Positions 58,879 through 64,000 of a stretch of 64,000 nt of DNA are shown piece after piece. Position numbers and translations under genes: made by a program. Under the pieces are notes generated by a model, which was not told the DNA's origin, made no database searches, and saw only the letters and a program-made list of their open reading frames with translations. The DNA lies in NCBI RefSeq assembly GCF_009914755.1, contig NC_060927.1. One strand, given 5' to 3'. Position 1 is the first letter of the stretch; every line of letters starts with the position of its first letter. The stretch is from the human T2T-CHM13v2.0 reference genome, Homo sapiens.

Positions 58879-60282
58879 TCAAGGTGCTCAGAGAAGCAAT
58901 GGTGCTTACTCAAAGTCAAACAGCTATTAAGTAGTACTAGACTCCAAAGTTAGATTCTGGGATCTCAAACCTAGCTCTGCTCCTGCTACTTCACTGTGTG
59001 AATTTGGGCCACTTAACTCCTCTGGCCTCAGCTTCCTCACCTGTAAAATAAAAAGGCAGTCTAAACACTCTCTAAGAGTCCCTCCAGCAGCTAGTTCATG
59101 ACCCTCTGAGCATCTGGGCCTCCCTCTAACTATACACATGACCCGAAGTCAGGACCTACTGAGCCCTCAACTGATCTGTCCACACTGACCCCAGCTCAAG
59201 TACTGCCCGTGAAAGGGGGAGATGTAGACTTATGGTCACAGCACAGACTTCCTTCTCTCCCTGGCTGGAATTTTCTGAGGCTTTTGTTCTGGGAAGCTTG
59301 GAAACATGGATTTAAGGGCACCTGACTGTCTTCACCCCAATGCCCTCCAAGCACACCACACAAATCTGAAGTCAACTACTGTGTTTTTTCCCCTGAATTC
59401 CCAGCTTAGAGGGAAGTAAGGATTAAGGTCTCTTTGTGCAATGAAAAGAAAAACAGAAGTTGAGAAAATCAGACAGTAAACATATAGAAATGTGAAGACT
59501 TGTTTGTTGAGAGTTCCCAAACCAAGACATTAAACATTTTTTAATGCACTTTTTTAAAGCACTTTATATTACAGAAAATATCAAACATATATGAAAGTAG
59601 AGAGATTAACATAGGAACCCTTTCTTAATTTAGGTCTAGCATCCCCAAGTTAGATACTCTTCACAGTCTGAAATTCAAATTTTGAATCACCATCCATGGT
59701 AGGCAGCTCCATTGTGTGGTCCTGCAACACCTTCGCTTTCAAAACTGCTAGACTACGATTCCTCATGATTCTGAAAAGTCTGTCAATCAAGATGGCTAGA
59801 AAACTTCAACTTTCTGTGAAAAATGAGTGGTCCAGGAGCTATGATTCCTGAAGAACAAATCAGTTCCTCTTTCAATAGGGATACTGGAAAAAAAGAGTAT
59901 GTTTTGAGATAAGGGGCTATAAACTCCATGTAAGCCTGGAACTCCTATCTTCCCTACCTTAAAGAATGAAGCCAACTCAGTGGTAATAAGAGCTGAAAGA
60001 CGGAGAAGGTGAGATTCCTAGCACCATCATCTATTTGGTAACCTGGACCCAGCTGTGTTGATTCCCCAAAACATTTCTATTATGTTAGCCATACTCCTAA
60101 TTTTGCTTAATTTAGCTTCAGTGAAGTTTCTCTTCCTTACAATAGAAAGAATCTTGAATATAAGCTCCCCCAGAAAGCCTTCTTTAAAGCAGTGAGCACA
60201 ACTATCAATCTTTCTTGTGAAAATTAGAATTTTTCCTCCTTAATTTAACAAAAACAATTTATATTCCTTAAAGAATACATTT

Positions 60283-60380
60283 CCTAGCAAAAACAATAAG
60301 AGTCTGAGATTTAAGAATACTTCCTTGACAACCTAGCAAAAACAATAAGAGTCTGAGATTTAAGAATACTTCCTTGACAA
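60283..60380 (+). repeat. Perfect 49-bp tandem duplication
   Basis: CCTAGCAAAAACAATAAGAGTCTGAGATTTAAGAATACTTCCTTGACAA at 60283-60331 and 60332-60380. Confidence 0.97.
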
Positions 60381-61004
60381 AGGAGAATTCTATTTTGCTG
60401 GATTTTTATCAGGACAGCAATTTTTCAATGATATCTTAGTACTATTATGTGATGACCACTACCCACACCCTCCTCCACAATAAACTCCTGCTGGTGCTAT
60501 TTTTGAACAGGACAAGCTGTCAGGGAGTAGTTCTGGGCTGACCTGGGAGACTCTACAGAAACTAGGCTTCAGGCTGGAGTCTTCTGGGATACACCCTGTA
60601 CACGAAGCCAGGCCAAACAGGGTAGAACCAGATTCCAGTTTCAGTGACAGATTGAGGAAGAAACCACACAGGCCTTAAGTGGTACCTGCCACTAAGAAAT
60701 GCAGTTACAGATGCAATAAGAGGAGGCGAAACACAGGCCCCTGAGACACCTGTACTCATTTGCCTCCCTCCCTCCTTCTTCCCTCCTTGGCACAGACGTC
60801 TTCGGCAAAGTGTGGACACAGAGGGCCCTGTGCTAGGCAGTATGGAAATAAGTTACAGTAGCCACAGTCCATAATCTCTAGGAGCCATGGTCTGATGAAA
60901 GGAGACATGGTAAGTGCCATGATGGAATGAGGTATAAGGCACTGTGGGAAGAGGATGACCATGCTGGCTTGAGCTCTTGAGGAAGGCTTCCTAATTATCT
61001 CCCA

Positions 61005-61140
61005 TGAAAGATGGCATATGTTATTCACTGCAGTGTTGTCTGTAACGGTAAAAAATTGGAAACTGCTCAGTGCCTACCCATAGAAAACTAATTTAGTGAT
61101 CTCAAGTAAAGCCCACAATAGAATACTATTCATTTGTAAC

Positions 61141-61181
<41 letters not shown>

Positions 61182-61465
61182 TTTTGTATTGATAAGTCAT
61201 CTCCAGAATTATTTTAAGTGAAAAAAAAAGCAAAATGTAGAACAGAGAGTATGAAATATTGTTTTGTATAAAAAGAGTGAAATATCAAAATATCTATAAA
61301 CTCTGAAAGCATATAAAAAATATAGCAGTGATTGTCTATGGGGAGGCAAAGGTAGAAGCTATGAGATGAGAGGGAATATTTTCATTGAATATATTCATAT
61401 TTATTTTTCTTAACTTTTGAATCATGTAAATATGTTACCTATCAAAAAATTTAATAAATAAAACA
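61005..61465 (+). mobile_element. L1ME-like 3' remnant with (GA)n microsatellite at about 61143-61177
   Basis: atgttattcactgcagtgttgtctgtaac..aaaattggaaac; ends atcatgtaaatatgttacctatcaaaaa. Confidence 0.65.
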
Positions 61466-61525
61466 GAAAGCTTCTGTGTCATTCCAGGTGGTTCTCAGAG
61501 GAGTAGTCAGACATGTTGGAGACCT

Positions 61526-63135
61526 GTGGCAGGATGTATTTTCCAACCCACGCACAACAGCATGCGCTGTCCACATGCTCTTCTTACAATGGGACAGTGA
61601 CATGCCTCCCACAGAGAGGTGGGTCTATTTTGTCCCCCTGAAGATAGGCAGGCCAGAAAATATGGCAAAAGTGATACTATGAGACTTTTGAGGGTAGACC
61701 ATAAGAGGTGACTCAGCTCCCACCTGGTCCTCCAGGGATACCTGTTCTTAGGACCCAGCTGCCATGCTGTGCAGAAATCTAGGCCACCTGATGTGCCATT
61801 CCAGCATCCCAGTGGAGGCCCCAGCTGCCAGCCACCATCAATTGTCAGCCACTGAGTGAGAAAGCCTTTTAAAAATTATTTTGTTTTGTGTTAATACATA
61901 ATAATTGTACATATTGATAGGGTAACTTGTGATATTTTGCTACATGCATACAATGTGTAATGATGAAGAAATCCATAACCTCAAATATTTACCATCTTTA
62001 TGTTGGGAACATTCCAAATCTCCTCTTCCTGCAATTTAAAAATCTACAATAAATTACTGTTAACTATTGTCACCCTACTGTGCTATCAGACACTAGAACT
62101 TACTCCTAACTGTATGTTTGTACCTATTAACCAACCTCCCTTTACTGTACCAGCCTCACCCCTCCCCAACCCTTGCTACCCTCTGGTTATGATCATTCTA
62201 CTCAACCTTCATGAGATCAACTCTTTTAGCTCCCACATGAGTGAGAACATGCAATAATTTTCTTTCTGTGCCTGGCTTATTTCACTTAACATAATGTCCT
62301 CCAGTTCCATCCATGTTGCTGCAAATGACAGAATTTCATTCTTTTTTATGGCCAAATAATGTATCATTATGTATATAATACCACATTTTCTTTATTGATT
62401 GATAGAATGGTTGGCATGCTGATGGACATTTAGGTTGATTCCAAGTCTTGGCTATTATGAATAGTACCACAATAAACATGTGAGTGCAGATATCTCCTCA
62501 ATATGCTGATTTCCTTTCTTTTGGGTACATACCCAGCAGTGGGATTGCTGGATCATTTGGTTGATCTACTTTTAGTTTTCTGAGGAACTTCCATACTGCT
62601 CTTCATAATGGTTGTACTAAGTTATTTAATACATTCCCATCAATGATGTAGTAGTGTTCCTCTTTTTCTTCATCCTTGCCAGCATTTGTTGTTTTTTGTC
62701 TTTTTGATAATAGTCATTTTAAATAGGGTGAGATAACCTCTCATTGTGGTTTTGATTTGCATTTCCCTGATGTTAGTGATGTTGGGGATTTTTCATGTGT
62801 CTGTTGGCCATTTGCATGTCTTGTTTTGTGAAATGTCCTTCGGATCATTTGCACATTTAAAAAAATCAAAATATTTGGGCTTTTTTTTGCTATTGAGTTG
62901 AGTTCTTCATATAGGCTTGTTATTAATTCCTTGTCAGATGGACAGTTTGCAAATATTTGCTCCCATTCTCTAGGTTTCTCTTTACTGAGGAAGCCTTTGG
63001 AGTGGGTCCAGCCTCAGCCCCCTTCTAACTGCCTCTGAATGAGACCCAGAGTGAGAACTGCCTGGTTGAGCCCAGTCAACCCCCAGAATTGTGAGAGACA
63101 ATAAAATTATAGTTTTGTTTCAAGTTTCTAAATTT
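61526..63135 (+). mobile_element. MLT1 (G/H-like) LTR split by an L1 insertion
   Basis: tgtggcaggatgtattttcc..gctgccatgctgtg..ccagctgccagccacca|L1|tccagcctcagcc..gagcccagtcaacccccagaattgtgagag. Confidence 0.8.
61870..62985 (-). mobile_element. L1MA-type 3' fragment with TSD
   Basis: L1MA 3' UTR (tagctcccacatgagtgagaacatgc..ccagttccatccatgttgctgcaaatgacag); TSD TGAGAAAGCCTTT (61857-61869) / TGAGGAAGCCTTT (62986-62998). Confidence 0.92.
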
Positions 63136-63319
63136 TAAGCCCCAGTTCTTGGTTTGTGCTCTTGTCTTACACTTGATTTTCCAAGACAGAAGCTTTCTGA
63201 CAAGCCCATAATGGTGTATGTATGACTTCAAGGAGGTAGCAGAAACAATCTGAGAGGGGCAAGTATTTAGTCAGCCTTGTGCAAAAGGAAATAGTCTAGA
63301 ACAAACAAAACATGCTGAC

Positions 63320-63760
63320 TCTAGAGGCCTATAGGAGCCACATGAGAAAGCATTCAACAGGCTGCTGGACACAGATGTCTGGGTTATAGGGAAAGGATGT
63401 GATAGAGATAAGGATATGGGAGGTATCCATATAAAGGTGATGGTTACAAACCAGGTGTGTGAATGAAATTATCCAGGTGTAACGTACAGGCAAGAGGAAC
63501 CCAAGGGAAGAATCTTGGGGATGCCCCACTAAAAATGCCAGCAGAGGAAAGGGAGCAGGTAGAGAAGTCAAAGAAGAAACAATGAGGGAAGAGAGAAGAA
63601 AGTCCAAGAAAGAACAGTTCAAAAGGTGGGGCATGGTCTGAGGTGTCACATGTTGCACTGAAAATATGGACAGAGAAAGCCTGTAAGATTTGGTAATGTG
63701 AAGGTCGCTGGTGACCTATAGCAGAGCAGTCTTCCTGAGGGGAGGAAAAGAAAATCAAAA
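63320..63760 (-). mobile_element. L2 fragment
   Basis: tggacacagatgtctgg..gagataaggatatgggaggt; ggtcgctggtgacct..gagcagt. Confidence 0.7.
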
Positions 63761-64000
63761 TCTCAATGCATTTCCATTAATACAAATGACTTCAAACAAA
63801 CTTTATAAGAGAGAAAATAGCAAATAATTTGGGGCTTCCTGTTTTATCTTCTTAGCAACATTAGAGGAAATGAAGAAAGAAAATCAAAATGCACATGATA
63901 GAAGGACAAAAGGAAGGGAGACAGTCAGTCATTGACAAATAGAATACCTACCATCTGCATAACAGAGAGGTGGCTCAAAAGGCACTAGGTGAGCAAACCA

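Overview
Primate (very probably human) genomic DNA lying inside the NMNAT3 gene (nicotinamide/nicotinate mononucleotide adenylyltransferase 3), transcribed on the minus strand. Two exons are visible: a 100-nt upstream exon (33380-33479) and the first coding exon (23033-23181, ATG at 23141, [37 protein letters not shown]). The rest is intron, largely filled with Alu, L1, L2, MIR, MaLR/ERVL LTRs, Tigger and MER5 remnants and a 7SL retrocopy; repeat families and boundaries were assigned by eye and are approximate. No prokaryote-type system is present. The best lead is that the upstream exon's uORF is in frame with the NMNAT3 CDS after splicing, and a single TGA interrupts a 38-codon N-terminal extension resembling a mitochondrial presequence. 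Other leads are an 82-bp locally templated Tigger3 copy pasted into an Alu, a candidate L1 3' transduction, several template-switch-like inverted repeats, and a CpG-rich intronic patch with a splice donor.
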